Under the pieces are notes generated by a model. It did no database searches and was not told the origin of the DNA. It saw only the letters and a list, made by a program, of their open reading frames with translations. Shown here piece by piece: positions 1 through 11,000 of a stretch of DNA of 63,132 bases; position 1 is the stretch's first letter, and each line of letters begins with the position of its first letter. The DNA lies in NCBI GenBank assembly GCA_050872545.1, contig JBNMHA010000002.1:1-63132 (forward strand). Reading direction: 5' to 3'. The position numbers and the translations under genes are program-made. The DNA is from Spirochaetales bacterium (GTDB lineage: Bacteria > Spirochaetota > GWE2-31-10).

Positions 1-20
1 AAATTCGTTCATTTTCTTTT

Positions 21-130
21 CCTTGCTTACAGATTAAGAAGCAATTTTTTTCTGTTGCTTCTATATACATATAATGCGAAAAAGCATCAAAAGTGCTTAC
101 AAGATTCGGAAAAAAAGTGCAGATTTTTTT
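21..130. repeat. Copy of a ~105-bp module also found at 25244-25350. It is probably the promoter/5' UTR of an Rpn-like paralog lying left of the window (ATG at 12-10 on the minus strand, MNEF...).
   Basis: The 59-bp core 58-116 matches 25282-25340 with one mismatch. On the minus strand it reads TTGATG, 17 nt, TATATA, followed by an AAGGAAAAG RBS and ATG. Confidence 0.7.
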
Positions 131-954
131 TCAAGTTAGCTACTAGGGACAGGTCTGTCCCTTGCGTTTCTTGTCATTCCCCATCCTGATTCCACCCTCA
201 AAGTACCATTGCACTTTGTGTAACTTGACTGCCAAATATTCTTAATCCAAAAACTTGCGTGCCTAAGGAAGGGAGAGGGAAAACTCCGGGCTTCGCCAAC
301 TCGGAGGTGGTTTCCCTCTTCTAACTTTACCCCGTTTTAACCACAAAACAATTTCTAACTGCCGGCTTGCACGACAAATTGCCACTTGAACCAGCGTAAG
401 CCCGACACACTTTAAATGAAGTGGCACTTGATGCAGCCAATGGCTGCAAATAACACTTTATTCAATCGCAAGGTTCCATTCCACCAAGTAGTAGATTCCC
501 GTGTCGTTGCACGAGAATGACATGTAATGTAACCGTTAGGCAACGCAATTTAGAGTACTGTTGTACCTTGTCTAAAAAATAACGTTATAAACCAGCATAG
601 CCCAATTTTAAGCTTGCCAAGAAAGGGATAGGTTATAGGAAAGGGGAAACTGCGGCATGCTGAAAGAGCTGTTTCCCCTTTCCTAACTTTTACCACGTTT
701 TGAACAACAATAAAGTTCTGTTGCCGGCTTGCACGGCAAATTGCCTCTTGCCAACCGTAAGGTTTAGGCACCTTAAACCCAAGTTTAGCCTTATCGCCGA
801 CTTGTCGGCAGTACGTCTTTGCCAAGTGTAAGTTTAATACCCTAAAGCCTTGCTTTACTTACCTCGTCTGCCGTCGGCAGACAAATTGCCTTTTGTCAAC
901 CGCAAGGCTTAGGCAGTTTAACTTCAAGTTTAGCCTCGCAATTTCCCTTGTTTA
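131..954. repeat. ORF-poor block of diverged tandem hairpin modules (unit A 277-427, unit B 643-790, partial unit 866-935)
   Basis: The units align over most of their length. The stems gggRaaac/gtttcccY and ttgccg/cggcaa are conserved. Sub-modules recur at 25.2-25.9 kb. Confidence 0.7.
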
Positions 955-1713
955 TCAAGGACACTCTTTTTCCACTGTATTGCGCAAAATACCGATTTGC
1001 TCAATTTCGATTTCTATTGAATCTCCGACATGCAATTCACCCACACCGCCGGGCGTTCCAGTCAAAATAATGTCACCCGGTTCCAGTGTAAAATTGCGTG
1101 ACAAATAAGAAACAAGCTCATTCACAGGGAAAATCATCATCTTTGTATTGCTGTCCTGAACCGGCACTCCGTTTAGTCTAGTTACCAAACGCAGGTTCTG
1201 CACATCGTCGGTGTCCTTATGCAAAAGGATTTCCGGACCTAAAGGCAAAAATGTATCAAACGATTTACCGCGAAACCAACCAGATTTATCTGCATTCTGA
1301 ATATTTCGCTGACTGACATCATTCGCAATTGTATAACCGTAAATATAATCGGATGCTTTGTCCTGTGTAATATTCTTGCATTTTTTCCCGATTATCACAG
1401 CCAATTCACCTTCGTAATCGGTACGCAGTTTTTCATACTTGTAACTTTCCGCAATAGCCGGAAGTTTTATCGCCGTTCCGTTGCCTGTAATCGCATTAGG
1501 TGCCTTTGGAAAAATAACAGGCTCTTCCGGAACATCTGATGAAAAACCACGTACATTCACTTTGCCGCTTTCGGTAAGATGTGTTCTGTAATTCAGCCCG
1601 ATTGCAATTATTTTTGACGGTCGAATTGTATATGTCTGTCCGGGATTATTTTTTATTGGAAGTTTCATTTTTATTTCCTCCGGCAATTTATTTTCTCTGC
1701 GGTATAGCTTCAA
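955..1713 (-). CDS. Fumarylacetoacetate hydrolase (FAH) family protein
   Basis: 252 aa. C-terminal GDIILTGTPGGVG motif and overall FAH-like layout. Confidence 0.85.
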   Translation of the reverse strand: MKLYRRENKLPEEIKMKLPIKNNPGQTYTIRPSKIIAIGLNYRTHLTESGKVNVRGFSSDVPEEPVIFPKAPNAITGNGTAIKLPAIAESYKYEKLRTDYEGELAVIIGKKCKNITQDKASDYIYGYTIANDVSQRNIQNADKSGWFRGKSFDTFLPLGPEILLHKDTDDVQNLRLVTRLNGVPVQDSNTKMMIFPVNELVSYLSRNFTLEPGDIILTGTPGGVGELHVGDSIEIEIEQIGILRNTVEKECP

Positions 1714-2434
1714 TCGGAATGCTTACCGAAAGACCGAAATCATCGCTTTCAGGTATTATCATTGACAAACTAAGCCGCCTGCATTCTTTTTTCAGCCAAC
1801 TTCTTAACGACAAACTTGCTATCATCAAAGGCAGACTTAAAGTTAGTACGGCAGCCGAAGCAATGAGAAGTCCGCAAAAAATGTATGATGATATTATCTG
1901 CGGATAAAAAAGCATTACTGCACCGTTGCTAATAAGCCCTGCGGTTCCTACACCGGCTGCAATTCCGCCGCCGACTGCGAAATACGAAAATAATCTTTGT
2001 CCGGAGAAAAATACATCATACAAAGCTGCTGCATTGCCCCATTTTTTATAACGATGATATTTTACCGCCCCGAAAATAAGCAGCGTCAGCCCGGAACACA
2101 ACAGGCCGGAGCAGAGTATTCCAGAAGTAAACGACACAGTACCCCAAGCACTGGTATTAGGATCAAATCTTTCCTTTAATTCTGAAAAAACAGATGAAGA
2201 CGCTACAAACCATAAGAATGCCGGAACACTGTACGATAACAAAAAAATCCCGGTCGTATTGCAGCGATTGTAATTTATCAAACGGTTTGTTATTTCAAAC
2301 TCATCAGAAACTTTACCCTGTAAGCTTTGCTTTGTAGTGAAATCAAACGAAAGATTTGAAGGCTTAATTTTTTCGTTTGCCGCTAAACTCAAAAACGATG
2401 TACCTAATAACAAAAGAATTAAAAGTTTTCTCAT
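1688..2434 (-). CDS. Hypothetical multi-pass membrane protein with N-terminal signal peptide
   Basis: 248 aa. The start MRKLLILLLLGTSFLSLAA is followed by several Gly/Ala-rich hydrophobic spans. Confidence 0.6.
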   Translation of the reverse strand: MRKLLILLLLGTSFLSLAANEKIKPSNLSFDFTTKQSLQGKVSDEFEITNRLINYNRCNTTGIFLLSYSVPAFLWFVASSSVFSELKERFDPNTSAWGTVSFTSGILCSGLLCSGLTLLIFGAVKYHRYKKWGNAAALYDVFFSGQRLFSYFAVGGGIAAGVGTAGLISNGAVMLFYPQIISSYIFCGLLIASAAVLTLSLPLMIASLSLRSWLKKECRRLSLSMIIPESDDFGLSVSIPIEAIPQRK

Positions 2435-2622
2435 TAAAATGCCCTCTGCATCTGCCGTGCATCATCGTCTTGTTTTCTGTGAACTGCAACTTATCATTAT
2501 GCCGTAGTAAAAACTTTTGAGACAGACGCATAAATCTGCTAAAATACGCCGTTCACATTAACCCTTTTTCTGATATTAGGCAAGATTTGAGATTTTACTA
2601 TAAAACTAAGGAGCAATTCATT

Positions 2623-3396
2623 ATGAGTGAATTCATTTTTAAAGATGTAACTTATCATTATCCTGATTTTGAGGAACAAATACTGACAAATTTTTCAGTG
2701 GAAATTCCTGCCGGAGTAACATCGGTTATAGGAGAAAACGGAACAGGGAAATCCACAATGCTGCTGCTTGCTTCCGGTACGGATGTGCCGCAAAGCGGTG
2801 ACGTATATATTTCCGGGCGCAACACAAAAGATTTTACGTCAATGGAAGAACGTCAAGCATTAGTTTCTTTTGTTTTTCAGAATATGGAATTTGAATCGGA
2901 AGAACCGTCCGGCGATTTACTGCGCTATGTTTACGAAAACGGATTTCATTCGGAAAAGAAAGAAAGTTTTCTGCAGGAATTGATAAATGTCTTTGAGCTT
3001 TCTGACGTTTTGAAACGCAAAACTCAGGAAGTAAGCAAAGGGGAGCTGCAGCGAATTATAATGGCATTCAGCCTTCTTTACGGCTCAAAAAATATAATAA
3101 TGGACGAACCTGTTTTTGCATTGGAAGATTATCAAAAAGAAAAAGCAATGGAGTACATTTCCGAATATTCTCGCAAGAATAAAATGTCATTTGTTTTCTG
3201 TGCGCATGAACTGAATCTCTGTGAAAAATATTCTGATTACGCATGTATTTTGTTTCGGGACAAACACGCACTTGTAGGCAAAACAAAAGACGTTTTCACG
3301 AAGGAAAACATCGAAGCCGCTTACAACGTTCCTATAGCAATGCTTAAACATAAGGAAGATTTATACAGAGACATTCTCGAAAATCCGGGAAGCTGA
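2623..3396 (+). CDS. ABC transporter ATP-binding protein (orphan, no adjacent permease)
   Basis: Walker A GENGTGKST, degenerate signature SKGELQR, Walker B IIMDEP. ATG at 2623 lies 9 nt after an AAGGAG RBS. Confidence 0.85.
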   Translation: MSEFIFKDVTYHYPDFEEQILTNFSVEIPAGVTSVIGENGTGKSTMLLLASGTDVPQSGDVYISGRNTKDFTSMEERQALVSFVFQNMEFESEEPSGDLLRYVYENGFHSEKKESFLQELINVFELSDVLKRKTQEVSKGELQRIIMAFSLLYGSKNIIMDEPVFALEDYQKEKAMEYISEYSRKNKMSFVFCAHELNLCEKYSDYACILFRDKHALVGKTKDVFTKENIEAAYNVPIAMLKHKEDLYRDILENPGS

Positions 3397-3510
3397 ATAT
3401 TTGCTGTTTCAGTGCTGACATATACGCGACATCTTGACAAATTAAAGAAATATAGTACTTTGTATCAAATTTTTTCAATTTGGGAATTCAATTTCGTATT
3501 CCTTATAAAT

Positions 3511-3559
3511 GGGAAAGTTTCTTCTTAATAAATTATCACAGAAGAATTTTCCCCTTTTT
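3511..3559 (+). terminator. Strong hairpin plus T-run, 33 nt upstream of argJ (terminator of the ABC gene, or an arg leader attenuator)
   Basis: gggaaagtttcttct / agaagaattttccc gives ~14 bp with one bulge, followed by cttttt. Confidence 0.6.
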
Positions 3560-3591
3560 ATAATAAAACGTGCTTCCCAAGGGAATTTGTC

Positions 3592-4806
3592 ATGGAAAAT
3601 AGAATCTCTTTCATCGAAAATCCTTCCATAGAAATGGTAAAAGGATTTCACTCAAACGGCATTGCTGCCGGAATCAAAAAAGAAGGTGTACTAGATTTAG
3701 GCGTTATATTATCCGACGTCGACTGTATCGGCACCGGAATGTTTACCACAAACAAAGTAAAAGCGGCTCCGGTATTAGTATGCAAAAAGCATGTTAAAAA
3801 TAAACTGCGTGCAGTAGTTGTAAACAGCGGCAACGCAAACGCCTGCACGGGAACTTTAGGAATCGAAGACGCATACAATACCTGCAAAGAATGCGCAGAA
3901 CTTTTCGGCATACCGGCAGAAAGCGTTTTACCTATGTCTACCGGAGTTATAGGACAAAGATTGCCTTTCAGCGCAATATCTTCCGGGTTAAGCAAAGTCG
4001 CTAAAATAATTAACGAGCCGAATCCAAATAATTTTGCAAAAGCAATTATGACAACTGACACTCGCATGAAAGTTTACGGAGTGACAGTAAAAAACAAAAA
4101 CTACGAATACCGTATTGTCGGAGTTGCAAAAGGTTCGGGAATGATTCATCCGAATATGGCTACAACTTTAAGCTTTCTGTTCACCGACGCAAAAGTCAGC
4201 AAAAAAGCATTGGAAAAAGCATTTCATGCAGCTGTAGAAAAAAGTTTCAACAGCATTACGGTTGACGGTGACATGAGTACGAATGACTCTACATTCTTAA
4301 TTTCCAGTGGCTTGGCAGGGAACAAAGAAATCAGCGGTAATAATGATGATTATCGATTGTTTGCAAAAGCAGTAGAAGTAACAGCCGCTGCAATGGCAAA
4401 AAGCATTGTCCAAGACGGCGAGGGAGCTACAAAACTTGTAGAGATTTACGTAAAAAATGCCAAAACAGAAAAAGAAGCAAAACAAGTTGCAATGTCTGTG
4501 GCTACATCGTGCCTCGTAAAAACCGCATTTTACGGAGAAGACGCAAACTTCGGCAGAATATTATGTGCGGTAGGCTACTGCGGTGTGGATTTCAAACCGA
4601 CAAAATTAAAACTTTACTTTGACAACCTTTTATTATTCAAAAACGGCGAACCAACTTCTTTCAATGAAACGGAAGCAGCACAAATATTAAAAAAGGATTC
4701 ATTTAAAGTTATAATTGACTTAGATAAGGGAAGCAAAAGCTGGAGTGTTTGGACTTCGGATCTTTCTCATGAATATGTTCGTATAAATGCGGATTACCGC
4801 TCATAA
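3592..4806 (+). CDS. argJ: Bifunctional ornithine acetyltransferase / N-acetylglutamate synthase
   Basis: 404 aa. Autoprocessing-site region HPNMATTLSFLFTD, and arg-operon context. Confidence 0.93.
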   Translation: MENRISFIENPSIEMVKGFHSNGIAAGIKKEGVLDLGVILSDVDCIGTGMFTTNKVKAAPVLVCKKHVKNKLRAVVVNSGNANACTGTLGIEDAYNTCKECAELFGIPAESVLPMSTGVIGQRLPFSAISSGLSKVAKIINEPNPNNFAKAIMTTDTRMKVYGVTVKNKNYEYRIVGVAKGSGMIHPNMATTLSFLFTDAKVSKKALEKAFHAAVEKSFNSITVDGDMSTNDSTFLISSGLAGNKEISGNNDDYRLFAKAVEVTAAAMAKSIVQDGEGATKLVEIYVKNAKTEKEAKQVAMSVATSCLVKTAFYGEDANFGRILCAVGYCGVDFKPTKLKLYFDNLLLFKNGEPTSFNETEAAQILKKDSFKVIIDLDKGSKSWSVWTSDLSHEYVRINADYRS

Positions 4807-4834
4807 TTTTTAACAAACGATAAGGAAGGTAAAG

Positions 4835-5737
4835 ATGATGATTGAAAAATTAGAAGAAAAAGCAGATGTGTTAATTGAATCATTACCATATATTAAAACA
4901 TTTCATTCAAAGACATTTGTTATAAAATACGGCGGTGCGGCAATGGTTGATAATAATCTGAAGCAAGATATTATCAAAGATTTTATTCTGCTGCGGTATA
5001 TAGGAATCAATGTAGTTGTTGTACATGGTGGCGGTCCGGAAATCACATCACTTCTGCAAAAAGTGGGCAAGGAAACAAAATTTATTAATGGGCTGCGTGT
5101 TACAGATAAAGAAACAATGGATATTGTCCAAATGAGTTTGGTCGGAAAAACAAATCAGGACACTGTAAGTATGGTTAATCATTTCGGCGGTAAAGCTGTA
5201 GGTCTTTCCGGAGCTGATGCAAATATTATACAAGCCAGAAAAAAAATGACCGAGACAATTCTTGATCCGGAAACAAAACAAGAAAAGAAAATAGATTTAG
5301 GCTTTGTCGGAGATATAGAAAGAATTGACAGTACTTTGGTAAATCTGCTGAATCAAAGCGGTTACATTCCCGTCATTGCTCCAATCGGAGTAGGAATTAA
5401 CGGAGAACATTACAATATCAATGCGGATGAAGTTGCCAGTGAAGTTGCGGTTTCATTAAAAGCGGACAAATTGATTATGGTAACGGATGTAGACGGAATC
5501 TACGAAAATCCAAGCAACCCGGCTACAAAAATTGAATCTCTTACTATTCACCGTGCAAAACAGATGATAGAAAAAGGTGAAATCAGCGGTGGAATGATTC
5601 CGAAAGTTCGTGCCTGCATAAACGGAATTTCTAACGGCGTAAAACGTACACATATTGTAGACGGTCGCCAAAAACATTCTATTCTATTGGAAATTTTCAC
5701 CGACCACGGTATCGGAACTATGGTTGTAGGAAATTAA
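4835..5737 (+). CDS. argB: Acetylglutamate kinase
   Basis: 300 aa. Amino-acid kinase fold motifs (VIKYGGAAM, VVVHGGGP). Confidence 0.93.
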   Translation: MMIEKLEEKADVLIESLPYIKTFHSKTFVIKYGGAAMVDNNLKQDIIKDFILLRYIGINVVVVHGGGPEITSLLQKVGKETKFINGLRVTDKETMDIVQMSLVGKTNQDTVSMVNHFGGKAVGLSGADANIIQARKKMTETILDPETKQEKKIDLGFVGDIERIDSTLVNLLNQSGYIPVIAPIGVGINGEHYNINADEVASEVAVSLKADKLIMVTDVDGIYENPSNPATKIESLTIHRAKQMIEKGEISGGMIPKVRACINGISNGVKRTHIVDGRQKHSILLEIFTDHGIGTMVVGN

Positions 5738-5756
5738 TCTGCACAGGGTTAAGAAT

Positions 5757-6944
5757 ATGGATACAATTGAGAAAACCAATAAATATATTTTAAATACATA
5801 CAAGCGTTATCCGGTAATTTTTGAAAGAGGAGAGGGCGCATTTCTTTACACTGAGAAAGGCGAGAAATTTCTGGATCTTGGTTCCGGCATTGCTGTAACT
5901 CTTTTGGGACATTGTCATCCAAAGCTTGTAGAAGCAGTAAAGTCTCAAGCTGAAAAGTTGTGGCACACGAGCAATCTTTACTACAGCATTCCGGCTGCGG
6001 ATTTAGCCGAAAAGCTTGTAAATGAGACCGGTGCAAAGCGTGTTTTCTTCTGCAATTCAGGTGCAGAAGCTAATGAAGGTGCATTAAAACTTGCCAGAAA
6101 ATATGGAAAGCAAAGCGGCAAAACAGGTAAGACAAAAATTATATCAATGCACCATTCTTTCCACGGCAGAACAATGGCGACAATTACAGTAACCGCACAA
6201 GAGAAATATCAAAAGCCATTTTATCCGTTGCTGCCTAATGTTTATTATGCGCAATACAATGATTTGGAATCCGTAAAAAATTTAATGGATGACGATGTGT
6301 GCGCCGTGATTTTAGAACCGATTCAGGGCGAGGGCGGAGTACATCCGGCAACTCATGACTTCTTAAAAGGCGTGCGTGCTTTGTGCGATAAGCATGATGC
6401 ACTTTTGATTTATGATGAAGTTCAATGCGGAATGGGGCGTACCGGTTACTTGTTCTGCCACATGCAATATCCTGATTGCAAACCGGATATTTTTACATCA
6501 GCAAAAGGATTGGCCGGTGGGCTGCCGATGGGCGCATTTTTTGTAAATGAGAAAACCGAAAATGTTTTGCAGCCGGGCGACCATGCAAGTACATTCGGCG
6601 GCAACCCAATAGCTGCCGCTGCCGCCAATGCAGTACAGGATATTATAAAGGAAGAAAATATTCTTGATGCAGTAAAAGAAAACGGCAGCTATTTCATTGA
6701 AAGCTTAAAAAAAATGCGACAAAAGTATAATGCAATAAAAGATGTTCGCGGCGAAGGCTTTCTCATCGGACTAGAAATAAATTATTCGGCAGCGGAACTT
6801 GTGCAGGAACTTTTGAAACATCACATTGTAACTGTTCCGGCTGGTTCATCTGTCGTAAGACTTTTACCGCCATTAATTATAAAAAAAGAAGAAATTGATT
6901 TAGTGATTGATGTATTAGACCAAATTTTTGAAAAAAGGACTTAA
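5757..6944 (+). CDS. argD: Acetylornithine aminotransferase (class III PLP)
   Basis: 395 aa. DEVQCGMGRTG and SAKGLAGG (PLP lysine region). Confidence 0.92.
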   Translation: MDTIEKTNKYILNTYKRYPVIFERGEGAFLYTEKGEKFLDLGSGIAVTLLGHCHPKLVEAVKSQAEKLWHTSNLYYSIPAADLAEKLVNETGAKRVFFCNSGAEANEGALKLARKYGKQSGKTGKTKIISMHHSFHGRTMATITVTAQEKYQKPFYPLLPNVYYAQYNDLESVKNLMDDDVCAVILEPIQGEGGVHPATHDFLKGVRALCDKHDALLIYDEVQCGMGRTGYLFCHMQYPDCKPDIFTSAKGLAGGLPMGAFFVNEKTENVLQPGDHASTFGGNPIAAAAANAVQDIIKEENILDAVKENGSYFIESLKKMRQKYNAIKDVRGEGFLIGLEINYSAAELVQELLKHHIVTVPAGSSVVRLLPPLIIKKEEIDLVIDVLDQIFEKRT

Positions 6945-6946
6945 TC

Positions 6947-8023
6947 TTGGACGAGCGTAAAAAAGCGTATCTTGTACTTGAAGACGGTTCCATTTTTGAA
7001 GGAACCGCATTTGGCAGCGGCGATTATACAGAAGGGGAAGTAGTTTTTAATACCGGAGTTACCGGCTATCAGGAACTTCTTACCGACCCATCTTACAGCG
7101 GTCAAATCGTAGTAATGACTTATCCGCAAATCGGAAATTACGGATATATAGAAAGTGATACAGAATCACGTCATCCATTTCTACGAGGTTTTGTTGTAAA
7201 AGAAGCGGCTGAGTTTCCGAATAACTTCCGCAGTCAAGGAACCATCGATGCTTATCTGAAAAAAAATAATCTGCTCGGAATTCAAGGTGTCGACACTCGT
7301 GCAATTACAAAAAAAATCAGAAACCGCGGTGTAATGAAAGGCTTCATTACAACAAATAAACTACCTGATACCAAAATGATTGAACTTGCTCGCAATGTTC
7401 CGGACTTTGCAAGTCATGACTATGTAATGGACGCAACTACCGAAAGTGAATATGTAATTGACGGCGGCGGCAAAAATATAGGCGTTGTAGATTTCGGAAT
7501 AAAACAAAGTATTATACGCAATTTGCAGGCTAGGGGACATAAATTGACTGTAATGCGTGCGGATGTGACTTCCGATTACGTGTTGCAGAAAGGATTTGAT
7601 TTAGTCATTTTGTCTAACGGTCCCGGGGATCCAAAACAAACTACTTATGGAATAGAGCTTGTAAAAGGTTTGCTCGGTAAAATTCCAATCGGCGGAATTT
7701 GTCTCGGACATCAAATTTTGTCTCTTGCGCTTGGACTTGATACATTTAAATTAAAATTCGGTCATCGCGGCGCAAATCATCCGGTAAAAAATCTGCTTAC
7801 CGGTAAAGTAACAATTACATCTCAAAATCACGGTTATGCTGTAACAAATGAAAATATACCGAATGGAGTGGAGATAACGCATATTAATCTGAATGATTTC
7901 ACCATACAGGGAATCAGATGTGCTGATAAAAAAGTATGCAGCGTCCAATTTCATCCGGAAGCCGGTCCGGGTCCGCATGATTCCGAATATGTTTTCGATG
8001 ATTTCTTAAAACTCTGCGAATAA
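6947..8023 (+). CDS. carA: Carbamoyl-phosphate synthase small (glutaminase) subunit
   Basis: 358 aa with a TTG start. GICLGHQ catalytic Cys and C-terminal HPE motif. Confidence 0.93.
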   Translation: MDERKKAYLVLEDGSIFEGTAFGSGDYTEGEVVFNTGVTGYQELLTDPSYSGQIVVMTYPQIGNYGYIESDTESRHPFLRGFVVKEAAEFPNNFRSQGTIDAYLKKNNLLGIQGVDTRAITKKIRNRGVMKGFITTNKLPDTKMIELARNVPDFASHDYVMDATTESEYVIDGGGKNIGVVDFGIKQSIIRNLQARGHKLTVMRADVTSDYVLQKGFDLVILSNGPGDPKQTTYGIELVKGLLGKIPIGGICLGHQILSLALGLDTFKLKFGHRGANHPVKNLLTGKVTITSQNHGYAVTNENIPNGVEITHINLNDFTIQGIRCADKKVCSVQFHPEAGPGPHDSEYVFDDFLKLCE

Positions 8024-8038
8024 ATTAAGGATGGTTTT

Positions 8039-11000
8039 ATGCCTTTAGATAAATCTATTAAAAGTGTGTTAATCATAGGTTCCGGTCCGATAATCATCGG
8101 GCAAGCGGCAGAGTTTGACTATGCCGGTTCACAAGCGTGTAAAGCTCTTAAAGAAGAAGGTCTGCGTGTAATTCTTGTTAATTCAAATCCCGCAACAATT
8201 ATGACAGACCTAAATATGGCTGATTCGACTTATCTAGAACCACTGAATGTGAATTCTTTGGAAAAAATTATAGACAAAGAACGTCCGGACGGTCTGCTTC
8301 CGACACTCGGCGGTCAAACAGGCTTGAATCTTGCGGTAGAATTGTCCGAGAAAGGGATTCTCGATAAATACGGAGTTAAACTTCTGGGAACTTCGCTTTC
8401 TGCGATAAAACAAGCGGAAGACCGTGAATTATTCAAAGAATTAATGCAGAAAATCGGCGAACCTATTGCAGACAGTCAAATTATCAACAACCTGACAGAC
8501 GCAGTCGCATTCGCAAATAAAGCAGGTTATCCGCTGATTATTCGCCCGGCGTATACAATGGGCGGTCTTGGCGGCGGAATTGCAAATAATGAAGAAGAAC
8601 TTGTTAATATCTGTTCACTGGGATTAAAACACTCAAGAATTCATCAAGTCCTTCTGGAACAATCAGTAGCCGGTTGGAAAGAAATTGAGTACGAAGTAAT
8701 GCGTGATGCAAATGGGACATGCATTACTGTCTGCAACATGGAAAATATAGACCCTGTCGGAATTCACACCGGAGACAGTATCGTTCTTGCGCCTAGCCAA
8801 ACACTTTGCGACCAAGAATATCAAATGCTGCGAACGTCAGCATTGAAAATTATCAACGCATTGAAAATTGAAGGCGGCTGTAATGTTCAGTTTGCTTTAG
8901 ATCCTTATTCAAAAAACTACATTATAATAGAAGTAAATCCTCGTGTATCGCGTTCATCCGCATTAGCTTCAAAAGCTACAGGCTATCCGATAGCGAAAGT
9001 TTCCGCAAAAATTGCAATCGGGCTTCATCTCGATGAGATACAAAATTCGGTAACCAAAAAAACGCTTGCATGTTTTGAACCTACGCTTGATTATATTGTC
9101 ACAAAAATTCCGAGATGGCCGTTTGATAAATTTACATCTGCCGATAGAAAACTCGGAACGCAGATGAAAGCTACCGGTGAAATCATGAGCATTGACCGAA
9201 CAATCGAAGGTTCAATAATGAAAGGAATCCGTTCACTGGAAATAAAAGTTGACGGACCGCGAATGCCTGATTTGGATAAGGAAGAAACCGAAGTTCTTGA
9301 AGAAATGATTCGCCGAGCCGATGACAGAAGACTTTTTGCAATTTTTGAACTATTGAGAAGAAATTATCCGGTAGGAAAGATTATTCAAATTACAAAAATG
9401 GATATTTTCTTTATTAAAAAGTTTGAAAATATTATTCTGCTGGAAAAGGAAGCGCAACAAAAATTAACACAAGATGTAATAGCAGAACAAAATCCAAGTG
9501 ATGAAGTCAAAGATCTAGTTAAACGTTTGAAACGCTGCGGATTTGCAGATACATATCTTTCACGAATTGCCGGAGTTCCTCATTTAACATTCAGAGCATT
9601 CCGCAAACGCTGCAATGTAATTCCTGTTTATAAAATGGTTGATACATGTTCTGCAGAATTTGAAGCAATGACTCCGTATTATTATTCAACCTACGAACAA
9701 GAAGATGAAGTAGAAGTTTCAAATGATGTACGAAAAATGATTGTTCTGGGAGCCGGACCAATTCGTATCGGTCAAGGAATTGAGTTTGATTACTGTTCCG
9801 TTCGTTCCGTTTGGGGTCTGAAAGAGGAGAATATCCAATCTATAATTATCAACAATAACCCGGAAACCGTAAGTACTGATTTTGATACATCAGATAAATT
9901 ATATTTTGAACCCTTGAATATTGAAGATGTTTTGAATGTTGTGGAAAAAGAAAATCCGGAAGGCGTAATAGTTCAGTTCGGTGGTCAAACTGCAATTAAT
10001 CTTGCCGGAAAACTTCATGAAGCCGGAGTAAAAATTCTAGGTTCATCAGTGCAGACTATTGACGATGCGGAAGACCGCGATAAATTTTCGCAAATTCTGC
10101 AACGTGCCGGAGTTCCGCAAGCTGAAGGGCGTGCAGTTCATTCATTTGAAGAAGCTCTCGGTGTAACTAATCGTCTTGGTTATCCGGTCTTAGTTCGTCC
10201 GTCTTATGTTATCGGCGGTCATGCAATGGAAATTGTGTATAATGATGATGAACTCTTCTCATATATGCGTTTTGCAACTAAAATTTCTCCAGATCATCCT
10301 GTTTTGGTTGATAAGTATTTGCTGGGAAAAGAAGTTGAAGTAGATGCGATTTGTGACGGAACAGATACTTTTATTCCCGGAATTTTTGAACATATAGAAC
10401 GTGCCGGAGTTCATTCAGGTGATTCAATGGCTGTATATCCTCCGACCGGGCTATCCGATGAAGAAATAAGTACAATCAAACGTCACACAATAGCACTCGG
10501 AAAAGAACTTGGAACAATCGGGTTAATGAATGTTCAATACGTTATTTCCAATGGAAAAGTTTACTGTATCGAAGTAAATCCGCGTGCAAGCCGAACTGTT
10601 CCGGTATTGAGTAAAGTAACAAATATTCCAATGGTGAAAATTGCTACTAAAATTATGAGCGGCAAGACATTAAAAGATTTAGGCTACAGTTCGGGCTTGT
10701 TGGAAATGCCTTCATACTGTACGATTAAAGCTCCGGTTTTCAGTTTTGATAAATTAAAAATGGTTGAACCGGGTTTAGGTCCGGAAATGAAATCTACAGG
10801 TGAAGTACTCGGACTAGGACTAAACAGAATGGATGCACTTTACAACGCTGTTACCGGTTCGGGGATTCAAGTGCCGGACAGCGGACATATTCTGCTATCT
10901 GTAGCACAAAAAGACCGGGAAGAACTGCTTGGCTTTGTGCCTAAGCTGCAAAACTTGGGTTACAAGTTATCAGCCACTAAAGGTACATACGAATTTCTGC

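Noticed and set aside
131-954. CRISPR array or integron attC array as an explanation for the tandem repeats
   Set aside because: The units are ~70-150 bp, diverged and contiguous rather than short identical repeats with unique spacers. I found no matching RYYYAAC/GTTRRRY core pairs at attC-like spacing (only an isolated gttaggc at 536-542). There is no cas or intI gene in the window.
550-1108. ORFs 550-825 (-) and 893-1108 (+) inside the repeat block
   Set aside because: They run through tandem repeat units. The equivalent frames in the sister units contain stops and indels, there is no RBS, and the second ORF overlaps the FAH gene 3' end. Treated as non-coding.
3481-3510. ArgR (ARG box) operator upstream of argJ
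   Set aside because: gaattcaatttcgtattc has GAAT/ATTC symmetry, but its spacing and sequence do not match the TGAAT-N4-ATTCA type box well enough to call.
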